DNA of 64,000 nucleotides from Octopus vulgaris (Eukaryota): NCBI GenBank assembly GCA_951406725.2, contig OX597838.1, positions 28,830,001 to 28,894,000 of the forward strand, read 5' to 3'. Shown piece by piece: positions 52,240 to 64,000 of this stretch (position 1 is its first letter; each line of letters starts with the position of its first letter). The notes under the pieces were generated by a model. It saw only the letters and a program-made list of their open reading frames with translations, ran no database searches and was not told where the DNA came from. The position numbers and the translations under genes were made by a program.

Positions 52240-52549
52240 AACTTTATAGACCTGAAGTAATCCCCTGATTGTTAAGTCCATCTGAACGGTGTTTCAAAAC
52301 GGTTTTCGTCGACACAGTTTGTGCAACAAGTCAACTTTTCTTAATCCTGCCGTAAGACTCATTCTAAGACTTACGGATGATTCTTGTCCAAATTTCAAAA
52401 CAAAAAACAAACAAAAAAAAACGAAGAAAAAACTTCCACTTTTAAGGGAAGTAACTCTCGTACTTATTTAAAAGTTATTGTTCTTGAATGAAACAAACGC
52501 GTCAATGACAAGCTAGAAATGCATACCCACGTCATGCACCCCACACGCT

Positions 52550-52814
52550 TTCTGTCTTTCTTTTTTTCTTTCCTCCTTCCTTCCTTCCTTCCTTCCTTTC
52601 TTCCTTCCTTTCTTTCTTCCTTTCTTTCTTCTTTCCTTCCTGCCTTTCTTTCTTCCTTCCTTCCTTCCTTTCTTTCTTTCTTCTTTCCTTCCTTCCTTCC
52701 TCCCTCCCTTTCTTTCTTTCTTTCTTTCTTTCCTCCTTTCTTCCTTTCTTTCTTTCTTTCTTTCTTTCCTTCCTTTCTTCCTTCCTTCCTTCCTTCCTTC
52801 CTTCCTTCCTTCCT

Positions 52815-52880
<66 letters not shown>

Positions 52881-52975
52881 TTCCTGCCTTTCTTCCTTCC
52901 TGCCTTCCTTCCTTCCTTCCTTCCTTCCTTCCTTCCTTCCTTCCTTCCTTCCTTCCTTCCTTCCTTCCTTCCTTC

Positions 52976-53010
<35 letters not shown>

Positions 53011-53023
53011 CCATCCTTCCTTC

Positions 53024-53060
<37 letters not shown>

Positions 53061-53508
53061 TTTCTTCCTTCCTTCCTTTCTTTCTTTCTTTCTTTCTTCC
53101 TTTCTTTCTTCCTTTCTTCCTTCCTTCCTTCCATCCTTCCTTCCTTCCTTCCTTCCTTCCTTCCTTTCTTTCTTTCTTTCTTTCTTTCCTCCTTTCTTCC
53201 TTCCTTCCTTCCTTCCTTCCTTCTTTCCTTCCTTCCTTCCATCCTTCCTTCATTCCTTCCTTTCTTTCTTTCTTTCTTTCTTTCTTCTTGCCTTTCTTTC
53301 TTTCCTTCCTTCCTTCCTTCCTTCCTTCCTTCCTTCCTTCTTTCTTTCTTTCTTTCTTTCTTTCCTCCTTTCTTTCCTCCTTCCTTCCTTCCTTCCTTCC
53401 TTCCTTCCTTCCTTCCTTCCTTTCTTTCTTTCTTTCTTTCTTCCTGCCTTTCTTTCCTTCCTTCCTTCCTTCCTTCCTTCCTTCCTTCCTTCCTTCCTTC
53501 CTTCCTTC

Positions 53509-53539
<31 letters not shown>

Positions 53540-53540
53540 A
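52550..53540. repeat. (TTCC)n/(TTTC)n polypyrimidine microsatellite, about 1 kb
   Basis: Direct inspection. Confidence 0.98.
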
Positions 53541-53629
53541 TTTGGTATTTCTCTCTGCCTTTTTCCTACAGTATATCAGTCACTATCTGTCTGTTTCTCT
53601 CTCTTCTACACACACTCTCTCTCCCTCAG

Positions 53630-53693
<64 letters not shown>

Positions 53694-53817
53694 TCTTTTT
53701 TCTCTCTCTCTCTCTTTCTCTGTCTGTCTGTCTCGCTCTATATATATATGTTCATATATATTCTTTTAATCTTTTACTTGTTTCAGTTATTTGACTGTGG
53801 CCATGCTGGAGCACCAC

Positions 53818-53865
<48 letters not shown>

Positions 53866-54135
53866 CATATACATAATACCAAATAATAAACAGATAAAAT
53901 GGAATAATAATGAAAATAATCATATTATGATATTTTAATACATTAAATAATTAACAAGAACATAATCAACAGTTCAGCAGATCAATCAACGAAGGAGTTC
54001 AGCTTTTATTCCATTTGAACGAGCTTTTATGAGATTATATATTTTTTAATTTTCCTTTACCCCTTTTATTAATTTTAATTAACTAATTAATCAAAGATAG
54101 AACCCATGGTCAAATGAATTTTCCTCTAAATGAAA

Positions 54136-54136
54136 G

Positions 54137-54188
<52 letters not shown>

Positions 54189-54223
54189 TGATAATCATAA
54201 TAATAATAATAATAATAATAATG

Positions 54224-54272
<49 letters not shown>

Positions 54273-54301
54273 TGATAATCATAATAATAATGATGATAAT
54301 C

Positions 54302-54332
<31 letters not shown>

Positions 54333-54391
54333 TAATAATAATAATAATAATGATGATAATAATAATAATAATAATAATAATGATAATAATG

Positions 54392-54434
<43 letters not shown>

Positions 54435-54446
54435 TGATGATAATAA
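54136..54446. repeat. (TAA)n microsatellite
   Basis: Direct inspection. Confidence 0.98.
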
Positions 54447-54599
54447 TCCTTTCTACTATAGGCACCAGGCCTGAAATTTTGGGGGAGGGTAATAGTCTAT
54501 TACATCGAGCCCCAGTGCTCAACTGGTACTTGTTTTACCAACCTCGAAAGGATGAAAGGCAAAGTTGACCTTGACAGAATTATAATTAGTGAGACAAGG

Positions 54600-55300
54600 T
54601 GACGGTTGCAGAAAGGAAGGTTGAAAAGGGAGACAGAAATTTTGTTAGTAGCTGCATAAGATCAAACATTAAGGACTAATTTGATAAAAGCCAAGATAGA
54701 CAAAAACAAAGTATATGCAAACCAAAAGAGGAAAGTGTTACTTATATTAATAAGAGAATATAGCATGCTGGCACAGAAGGAATACAAAAAAAGATATGAC
54801 AACCTAAGGGCAGTAATCCACAGGAAGTTATGTAGAAAGCTAGGATTAGAACATACTAATAAATTGTATGAATATGTGCGTGGTAAAGTATTAAGACGTT
54901 GTAAGTTTTTAACATTCAAACTTGCAGAGTATTAAAAGCTAGAAGGCCTGATTTAGTAATAGCAGATAAAGAAAATAGAATGTGTCAGATAATCGACTTT
55001 ACAGTCCGAAATAATGAGAAAATCAATATGAAAGCTATAGAAAAAATAGCAAAGTTCAAGGACCTGAGCATTGAATTACAGAGTCTATGGAAAGTGCGGG
55101 TAAAATGCATCCCAGTAGTTATAGGTGCATTTGAACAGAAAGCCCAATTTAGTATAACTCCAGAAAACAGTGTTATTAGGGACAGCTAGGATACTTAGAA
55201 GGGTTGTTGGTATCTAAGGTTACTTGTTGTAACCTAATGTTAGGATTTTTTGTCTTTTCCAGTAGTCTAATCTGCTGTGTGTACATGAATGATAAAACTG
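54600..55300 (+). mobile_element. Degenerate Dong/R4-clade LINE 3' end (restriction-like endonuclease)
   Basis: AA.DQTLRTN..KAKIDK, LAQKEYKKRYD..AVIH, RPDLVI.DK, EKIAKFKDL.IEL..LW, PVVIGA, LQKTVLLGTARILR; ends in a long (TAA)n tract. Confidence 0.8.
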
Positions 55301-55329
55301 ATAATAATAATAATGATAATAACAACAAC

Positions 55330-55373
<44 letters not shown>

Positions 55374-55387
55374 TGATGATGATGATG

Positions 55388-55421
<34 letters not shown>

Positions 55422-55486
55422 TGATAATAATAATAATGATAATAATAATAATGATGATGATACTGATGATGATGATGATAGTAGTA

Positions 55487-55529
<43 letters not shown>

Positions 55530-55598
55530 TGATGATGATGATGATAATAGTAGTAGTAGTAATAATAATAATAATAATAATGATGATGATGATAGTAA

Positions 55599-55633
<35 letters not shown>

Positions 55634-55647
55634 TGATAATAATAATG

Positions 55648-55678
<31 letters not shown>

Positions 55679-55814
55679 TAATAATGATAATAATAATAAT
55701 AATAAGAAGAAGAATAATGATAATAATACTAATGATGATAATAATAATAATGATAATAATAATGATAATAATAATAATAATGATGATGATGATGATGATA
55801 GTAATAGTAATAAA

Positions 55815-55851
<37 letters not shown>

Positions 55852-55869
55852 GTAATAGTAATAATAATG

Positions 55870-55946
<77 letters not shown>

Positions 55947-55950
55947 AATA
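55300..55950. repeat. (TAA/TGA/TAG)n compound microsatellite
   Basis: Direct inspection. Confidence 0.98.
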
Positions 55951-56346
55951 ATCCTTTCTACTATAGGCACAAAGCCTGAAATTTGTGGGAGGGGACTAGT
56001 CGATTACATCGACCCCAGTACGTAACTGGTACTTATTTCATCAACCCCGAAAGGATGAAAGGCAAAGTTGACCTAGCTTCCATAGCTGGCAATAATAATA
56101 ATAATAATAATAATAATAACGATAATCTTTTCTGCTGTAGACACAAGGCCTGAAATTTTGGTGGAGGGGGACTAGCCGATTACATCGACCCCAGTGTTTC
56201 ACTGGTACTTAATTTATCGACCTCGAAAGGATGAAAGGCAAAGTTTGACCTTGGCGGAATTTGAACTCAGAACGTATACCGCTAAGGATTTCATCCAGCA
56301 TGCTAACGATTCTGCCACGTCGCCGCCTTAATAATAATAATAATAG

Positions 56347-56389
<43 letters not shown>

Positions 56390-56649
56390 AATAACAACAA
56401 TAATAATAATAATAACAATAATAATAGTAATAATAATAATAATGGTTTTAAATTTTGGTACCAGGCCAACATGTTCAGAGGAGAGAGCCACTTAACTACA
56501 TGGACCCCAGTATTCTACTGGTATTTATTTTACTGACTCCCCAAAAGACGAAAGGCAAAGTTGACCTCAGTTTGATGTTTTTACTGCCATCAGTGATAGG
56601 TCTGTATTAATAATGCTCAGTAGTTTATGACATAACTGGCTTATGACTT

Positions 56650-56680
<31 letters not shown>

Positions 56681-57259
56681 CAGTAGCAGCAGTAGCAGCA
56701 GCAGCAGGAGTTTAAGAGTATAGTGGCTGGTTTTTAAAATTCTTCGTTCTTATGAAAATCAACTTTATTTGAACATAATCTGAAAACAAGAAGAATACAA
56801 AGTATTATTAGGGAAATTGTCATTCTTTGGCTATAGGCATATATAAGCAAAAATATTTTAGAATTAAATACAAAATAAAGCCTTTTACATCTTTAGAGTA
56901 CTGTTATTATTTACCCCCCAGCAGGGTGGAGGCAAGCCTGGCCTAATGGCTTGCATGTCTGATTTATGATCACATGTTCATGTGTTCAATTCCTGAAAAG
57001 AGTGGTACGTTGTGCGCATGGACAAGGGGCTCCACTTCATGCCGTTCCATTATTCTACTCAGCTAAAAATGAGTACACAGAGTGGTGCGCCCAAGGGGCA
57101 GGTGTTAGGGTAAAACCCGGTTGATGGATAATGCATGTGTGTGTGTGTGTATATGCATGTGTATGTGTGTGTGTGTGTGTTTATGTGGGTGTGTATGCAA
57201 GTGTGTATATATATATATATATGTATATACATACAAAGACACACACACACATATATACA

Positions 57260-57297
<38 letters not shown>

Positions 57298-57727
57298 CAC
57301 ATGTGAATACATGCATACATACACGGAGATGTTATTTGCAGACGTCTACCACAGTAAATGTGCGTATCAACAATGTATGTACATTAAGTATGATGCACAA
57401 ATAACTATTTTAATCTAATACGGCTTCTATTGCATATAGCGAAATTTTACTTGGCTGGGCAACTATTCGCAATAGCAGTGAATGTTTATTTACTGCTTTC
57501 CTATATATGGAAGGTAACCAACACTCATCTAGTTATGCGACTAGCTGTGAGTACACACTATTGACAATACCTAACAAGGTAGAAATGCGCCTGATGTTCT
57601 TACTATCTTCAGACAAACACTGCATTAAATTTGCCTCTTAACGATGTACCGGTTGTTGTTCTTAGTCCAAGGACAAAGTGCACTCAGCAATGACAATTGC
57701 AAAGTTTAGTATGGTTTGATGACTGTA

Positions 57728-57884
57728 CTAAATTATGGAAACAGTTACCATTGACGAGGAGTTTCGTGTGGAATCAGGTGTTTCACATTCATCAGATGCA
57801 ATAGATCTGATTTGAAATCTCCTTGTCGTATTCTTTACTATGGAAATCCTGCATGTATAGCCTTTCAGGAGTGGCAACACATTA
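57728..57884 (-). CDS. Probable terminal coding exon of the PLA2 gene
   Basis: Strong acceptor tttttttcattcttAG in the correct phase; reads (N)NVLPLLKGYTCRISIVKNTTRRFQIRSIASDECETPDSTRNSSSMVTVSII-stop in non-repetitive DNA; minus-strand AATAAA at 57485-57490 and 56764-56769. Confidence 0.5.
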
Positions 57885-58012
57885 CTAAGAATGAAAAAAA
57901 CTGTAATTTCCCTTGTCAAGTAAAGTTTTGACATCTGGATCATAATGGAAAGAATTTTATGAGCATTTTCAGAGAAAAGAAAAAGGAAAGTGAGATAGAT
58001 AGATAGATGGAT

Positions 58013-58079
<67 letters not shown>

Positions 58080-58444
58080 TTAATCCAAACAAGAAAACAA
58101 AAAGACAACAACGCGAGGATGTGGAACAAATAAAGTATTATTGGACGCTCAGGAAAGAAGGGAAGAAGGAGGGGGTATGACGTTTCGAGCGGAGCTCTTC
58201 ATCGGAAACATAGGAGAAAGAAAGATCCCGAGGTGGGAGGACAGAGGAAAAAAAAAAATTGCAAGTGCTCTTCATGAGGTCACATACTGAAAAGAGGTAG
58301 AGTTTACGAAAAAAAACAAAAGACGAAGACAGGTGGTGTACAAAACAAACAGATGTATTAGTATAGCGCTCAGGAATAGAAAAAGTCTTTTACGTTTCGA
58401 GCCTACGCTCTTCTACAGAAAGGGACACAGAAAAAACAAGGAGA

Positions 58445-58445
<1 letters not shown>
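58080..58445 (-). mobile_element. Two Penelope-like fragments with minimal hammerhead variants
   Basis: Minus strand CCGATGA-AGAGC-TCC-GCTC-GAAACGTC (58175-58212) and CTTT-CTGTAGA-AGAGC-GTAG-GCTC-GAAACGTA-AAAG (58387-58422), each next to a GCTCAGGA motif. Confidence 0.6.
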
Positions 58446-58487
<42 letters not shown>

Positions 58488-58819
58488 ATCATCATCATCA
58501 TCATCATCGTTTAGCGTCCGTTTTCCATGCTAGCATGGGTTGGACGGTTCTACTGGGGTCTGTGAAGCCAGAAGGCTTCATCAGGCCCAGTCAAATCTGG
58601 CAGTGTTTCTACGGCTGGATGCCCTTCCTAACGCCAACCACTCCGAGAGTGTAGTGGGTGCTTTTTACGTGCCACCCGCACAGGTGCCAGACAGAGCTGG
58701 CAAACGGCCACGAACGGATGGTGCTTTTTATGTGCCACCGGCACGAGGGCCAGGCAAGGCTGGCAACGGACACGAAACAGGGCGGTGCTGGCAACGGTCG
58801 CGGGGCGGTGCTGATATAT

Positions 58820-59280
58820 ATATATTCAGAATGAGATAAAAATCCAAGGCTGTGAAGATTTTAGAACATTTATAAATAGAAGGTCTTACAGCTGTTTCCA
58901 GGATATTTTTTACAACTCTTTATCGGAGACAGTGTGAGGATATGGTTAAGCAATAATTAATTTAGATAGGATACGAAATAGAGTTCCGTGACCAATTTTA
59001 AGTTCCCCTGGAATTTACTCACAAGGTATTGGAATCTTATATGCACACCATTCTGCCTAACTATTGGATCTACAAATGCAATATCCCGGCATATCTCACA
59101 TATATTCTCATTCCTCCACTTCACTCTCTATTTCATATCTTATTTAAATTAACTATTGCTTAACCCTTTTCTCACACCGTCTCCGATGAAGGAAAAAAAT
59201 TATCCCGGAAACAGATGTAAGACCTATTTATAAATGTTCTAAAATCTTCACAGCCTTGGATTTTTATCTCATTCTGAAAA
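58820..59280. mobile_element. Inverted-repeat Penelope-like element with hammerhead-like motifs
   Basis: Arms about 58825-58940 and 59170-59278 are reverse complements; + arm GTCT-CCGATGA-AGGA..TCC-CG-GAAA-CAGATG-TA-AGAC at 59179-59223; - arm motif at 58883-58930. Confidence 0.65.
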
Positions 59281-59830
59281 CATTTTTTTTTTATATATAC
59301 ACATGCTGATATATGACCTACGTTGGACTCCTTATTCACTAAATCACCGAACCTGGAGCTTAACTGTAGAAGGTTGAAAAGGAACACACGAATTGATATG
59401 CATAAGAAAAATAAGACTAGGTAGAAAATGCTAAAATAATTTTATCCTGAATAAGACTAGGTAGAAAATGCTAAAATAATTTTATGCTAAAATAATTTTA
59501 GTACCGGTTTCAGTCTTGGCAAGCATGAAAATCAATTAAATTGTGGAAAAATTAAATGAAATGTTTTAAAAAAATATTTCTGTAGTTTTCAAGTGCAAAG
59601 GATATTTTCCTTTTTTCTGTCTGTCTTTCTTTTTTACTCTTGTGGGGGCCTGGTAGCAGGTAATAGGTGGTAGCTGTCCTAAAAGAATATTTGATATGAG
59701 TTCTTGGTTTTGATTGTTTAAGCAGCAGTAGCAGCTGAGGAAGGAGGCGGCGAAGAAATCCAGTAAAAAACATATAATGCTCTTCATCTTAGAGTGTGCT
59801 TCTTCACCGGATTTATGTTTTCTACAAATG

Positions 59831-59865
<35 letters not shown>

Positions 59866-60009
59866 TACATACATGCATATAAAACAAAGCAAACACTACA
59901 CGCACACCCAAATGTACACGCAAACACACACATATGAAAACACGCACCAATACACAGGGATGCAAACACATACACATACTTAAAAAAAAGAAAGAATCTT
60001 TCGACTTAC

Positions 60010-60171
60010 TTTGTACAGTTTCCTTCTGGGAATTTAATACAATATGTGTTCAGGTCCGTAAAATATAACATCCCGACGAAACCTGCTGTAAATCGATCCC
60101 TGGACAATGGGGCTTCACATTTGGCTAGGTGAAGACAATCTCGGAAAGCGTTATCGCATTTGCAGTCGCTT
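60010..60171 (-). CDS. Group III secretory phospholipase A2, next exon
   Basis: Acceptor cttttacAG; reads (R)SDCKCDNAFRDCLHLAKCEAPLSRDRFTAGFVGMLYFTDLNTYCIKFPEGNCT; CxCD..F..CL and VG..YF....C motifs of bee-venom-type PLA2; donor AA|GTAAGT; phase 2 on both sides joins the 63151 exon. Confidence 0.92.
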
Positions 60172-61132
60172 CTGTAAAAGAAAAACCACCCAGGGTGAAG
60201 AATATGGAAGCCTGATGAAAGAAGGAAGGAATGAATGAACGAATGCACCAACTGATCAACCAGCCAACCAGCCAACAGTGGAAGAGCGTCTCCTTATGCT
60301 CTGTGTTTACTCTTACTCTCTTTTACTCTTTTACTTGTTTCAGTCATTTGACTGCGGCCACGCTGGAGCACCACCTTTAGTCAAGCAAATCGACCCCGAG
60401 ACTTATTCTTTGTAAGCCCAGTACTTATACTATCGGTCTCTAATGCCGAACTGCTAAGTGACGGGGACGTAAACACACCAGCATCGATTGTCAAGCAATG
60501 CTAGGGGAACAAACAGAGACACGCAAACACACACACACACACACATATATATACATATATATGACAGGCTTCTTTCAGTTTCCGTCTACCCAATCCACTC
60601 ACAAGGCATTGGTCGGCCCGGGGCTATAGCAGAAGACACTTGCCCAAGATGCCACGCAGCGGGACTGAACCCGGAACCATGTGGTTTGTTAGCAAGCTAC
60701 TTACCACACAGCCACAGCCAAATCTAACTATAATCACACACTGAGGAATGTGGTCATAATGACGCTATCGTAATATGGAATGTCCACACAGGACACACAC
60801 ACACAACACTCACACATTCATATGCACACATTTTTTCATTATTGATTCAGAAATACTCCAACTACTAGTTTCGAATCCAAGCAATTCAGTCCATGGTGTA
60901 TATATATATACACATACATATATATATATACATACATACATATATATCAGAAGAGCACTCAACACAAAAGAGGTTGATTTAAATTCCTTGGTACTCCGAG
61001 TTTCAAAGTTTGATGCTAATACTCAGCCATTATGTGTGTGAGTGTATGAAATTCTAATTTCCAACAAGTGAAGATTAATATCACGCTTTGAAACTCGGAG
61101 TACCAAGGTATTTGAATGAAGCTGTTTTGATC

Positions 61133-61134
<2 letters not shown>

Positions 61135-61181
<47 letters not shown>

Positions 61182-61353
61182 GTATAGATGGACATACACA
61201 CACACACATATATATATATATATGTATAGATGAACACACACACACACATATATATATGTATAGATGGACACACACACATATATATGTATAGATGAACACA
61301 CACACAAACACACACACACATATATATGTATAGATGGACATACACACACACAT

Positions 61354-61385
<32 letters not shown>

Positions 61386-61425
61386 GTATAGATGGACACA
61401 CACACACATATATATGTATAGATGA

Positions 61426-61457
<32 letters not shown>

Positions 61458-61519
61458 GTATAGATGGACATACACACACACATACACACACACACATATA
61501 TATATATATGTATAGATGA

Positions 61520-61551
<32 letters not shown>

Positions 61552-61762
61552 GTATAGATGACACACACACACACATATATATATGTATAGATGAACACAC
61601 ACACACACACACACATATATGTATAGATGGACATACACACACACACACACATACACACATATATATATGTATAGATGGACACACATACACACATATATAT
61701 GTATAGATGAACACACACACACACATGCATAAACATGCATACACACACACATACACACACAC
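61135..61762. repeat. Minisatellite (CA)n(TA)nTGTATAGATG, 25-50-bp units, in a PLA2 intron
   Basis: TGTATAGATG recurs about 14 times between CA/TA runs. Confidence 0.93.
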
Positions 61763-62797
61763 AAAGTGTGTTTAGAGGGATATATTATCCTGGTAGATTT
61801 CGTATAAGTTCTCAATTAAGCTCCAGTTAACGGCTTACCACTTCGACCAGCAGTTAATGACTGTTACTAATTGCTACTCGTCACTCCGTGAATTCTTCCG
61901 ATGAGTCATTCTGTGTACACTTCCCTGGACAGTAAAAAGGCGTTGGAACAGTCAAGTACCCGGACATCATCTGATGCCTCAGTAAGGCAAGCCACCAACG
62001 ATGGCCAAGTACTCCACCGTTAGCGGCCCAGCCCCTCCAAACGTCTTCAAACGCCACAGGTGGAAGAGAGAGAGAGATTTCACTAACTGGTTTCAATACT
62101 TAAGGACTTTGTTCCGTTCAGCCGCGGAAGCAGTGAAATAAATTTGGCTGCTCACTTGAAAACTAATGTATAAGGTTTATCACAACTCTGGACCAAAATA
62201 GTTTCAAGAAAAATTTATAAAGAATATTCACAAATATCCGACAAAGTATTCTAGGGTAACATTCAAATGTAATAGTTTTGGCATAACAAAATTATTTTTT
62301 CAGTTGCCCTTACCGTGGACTAAATGCCTGAAAATCATTTTGTGTGCAAAATTATTATATATACTACATATCACGTGATCACGTGACCGACCAGGCTATC
62401 AGATGTTGCTAAACATCGCTTGTCACAATGCGCTTCGCATTGTTTTAGCCTTCAAATGACACCACCCCGCTGGCTAAGCCAGCAGGCCAACAGAAGAAAG
62501 AGTGAGAGAAAGTTGCGGCGAAAGAGTACAGCAGGGATCACCACCAACCTCTGCCGGAGCCTCGTGGAGCCTTTTTAGGTGTTTTCGCTCAATAAACACT
62601 CACAACGCCCAGTCTGGGAATCGAAACCGCAATCCTACACATGGTCACACAAGTTAAATAAATGACATTGGAACAGGAAACTATGATATTCGACTGTTTC
62701 GGCTACAGGTAACACAGTACATTAAGAGTCGAATGCTTGTGCACCAAATTCTAACTTCTTTGGAGATTCTGAAACGAAATGCAAATTTTGGATTGGA

Positions 62798-62850
<53 letters not shown>

Positions 62851-63100
62851 CGTGCGTGTGTGTGTGTGTGTACGTGTGTGTGTGTGAGCGTGCGTGTGTG
62901 TGTGTGTGTATGTGTGTGCGTGCGTGCTCTGTGTGTGTGTGTGTGTGTGTGCATGCGTGCGTGCGCGTGTGTGTGTACGTGTGTGTGTGTGGGTGTACGT
63001 GTGTGTGTGTGCGTGCGTGCGTGCGCGTGTGTGTGTGCGTGTGTGTGTGTGTGTGCGTGCGTACGTGCGTGCGTGCGTGTGTGTACGTGTGTGTGTGGAT
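62798..63100. repeat. (TG)n/(TGCG)n alternating purine-pyrimidine tract
   Basis: Direct inspection; a similar (CA)n-based tract fills 63400-64000, so the PLA2 catalytic exon is flanked on both sides. Confidence 0.97.
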
Positions 63101-63150
63101 GTATGTGTTTCATCGCAAGCCGACAACATACTCATTGATAAAATAATTAC

Positions 63151-63310
63151 CTGGTGAACGTATCCTGATTTTGAAGTCCATAGTTCTCTTTTCCAGCCAG
63201 AATATATCTAGGACATTGGTCGTGTTCACGACAGCATTTGTCTGTATGCACGCTAACGCCCAAGTCGGAGTAATTTGCAGCGTTATTGTTTATGCCACAC
63301 CATTTTGTAC
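63151..63310 (-). CDS. Group III secretory phospholipase A2, catalytic exon
   Basis: Minus strand: acceptor tctctgccAG; reads (G)TKWCGINNNAANYSDLGVSVHTDKCCREHDQCPRYILAGKENYGLQNQDTFT(R); GTKWCG calcium-loop motif and DxCCRxHDxC His-Asp motif; donor AG|GTAATT. Not in the ORF track. Confidence 0.93.
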
Positions 63311-64000
63311 CTGGCAGAGAAATGAAGGAAGAGTCAACAGCGCTGCATATTCAGTTACGGAGAAAATTGCCGAAGAAGCGAACCATGACTAAAGCCATCA
63401 AACACACACATACACACAACACACACACACACACACTCACACACATAAACACACACACACACACACACGTATACACATACACACACACACACACACACGT
63501 ACACACATACACACACGTACACACATACACACATACACACACAGGCACACGTACACACATACACACACGTACACACATACACACACAGGCACTCACACAC
63601 ATAAACACACACACACACGTACACACATACACACACAAGCACTCACACACACACGCACACTCACACACAAACACACACACACACACACACATACACACAC
63701 ACACACACAGGCACACACACACACACACGCACGTACACACATACACACACATAAACACACATACACACACAGGCACTCACACACACAGGCACTCACACAC
63801 ACAGACACACGTACACACATACACACACACACGTAAACACATACACACACAGGCACTCACACACAGACACACACTCACACATATAAACACACACACACAC
63901 GTACACACATACACACACGTACACACATACACACACAGGCACTCACACACACACACGCACGTACACACATACACACACATAAACACACACACACACACGT

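Noticed and set aside
52513-53794. Long ORFs of 236-416 aa
   Set aside because: Translations of a (TTCC/TTTC)n microsatellite; no coding signal.
54091-56025. Poly-Ile and poly-Asn ORFs
   Set aside because: Products of (TAA)n tracts.
61016-61815. Three overlapping ~245-aa Cys/Val-rich ORFs
   Set aside because: Minisatellite of CA/TA runs inside a PLA2 intron.
61830-62096. Non-repetitive-looking segment with a 71-aa ORF in the PLA2 intron
   Set aside because: Stops in all minus frames before the nearby donor, and the flanking PLA2 exons already join in frame.

Overview
AT-rich, microsatellite- and SINE-dense animal genomic DNA. The repeat families look like those of coleoid cephalopods (Octopus-like); that assignment is inferred from the repeats only. 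Two protein-coding genes can be read by hand. (1) An SRSF1/SF2-family splicing factor on the + strand, with four coding exons at 4912-5108, 10851-11011, 11318-11490 and 15588-15764; no ATG lies in the first visible exon. It is followed by about 8.4 kb almost free of young retroelements, containing two strongly GGA-enriched blocks bounded by candidate splice sites, a plausible autoregulatory 3'UTR splicing/NMD module. (2) A group III secretory phospholipase A2 on the - strand, with exons at 63151-63310, 60010-60171 and probably 57728-57884; its 5' end lies beyond the window. The rest is tRNA-derived SINEs, RTE, CR1, Dong/R4 and jockey-type LINE fragments, hAT, piggyBac and mariner MITEs, Helitrons, tandem arrays, and several palindromic Penelope-like elements with minimal hammerhead ribozyme motifs, one family joined to a tRNA-derived head. 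Nearly all ORFs in the supplied track are repeat or microsatellite artefacts. Repeat boundaries are approximate and read by eye.
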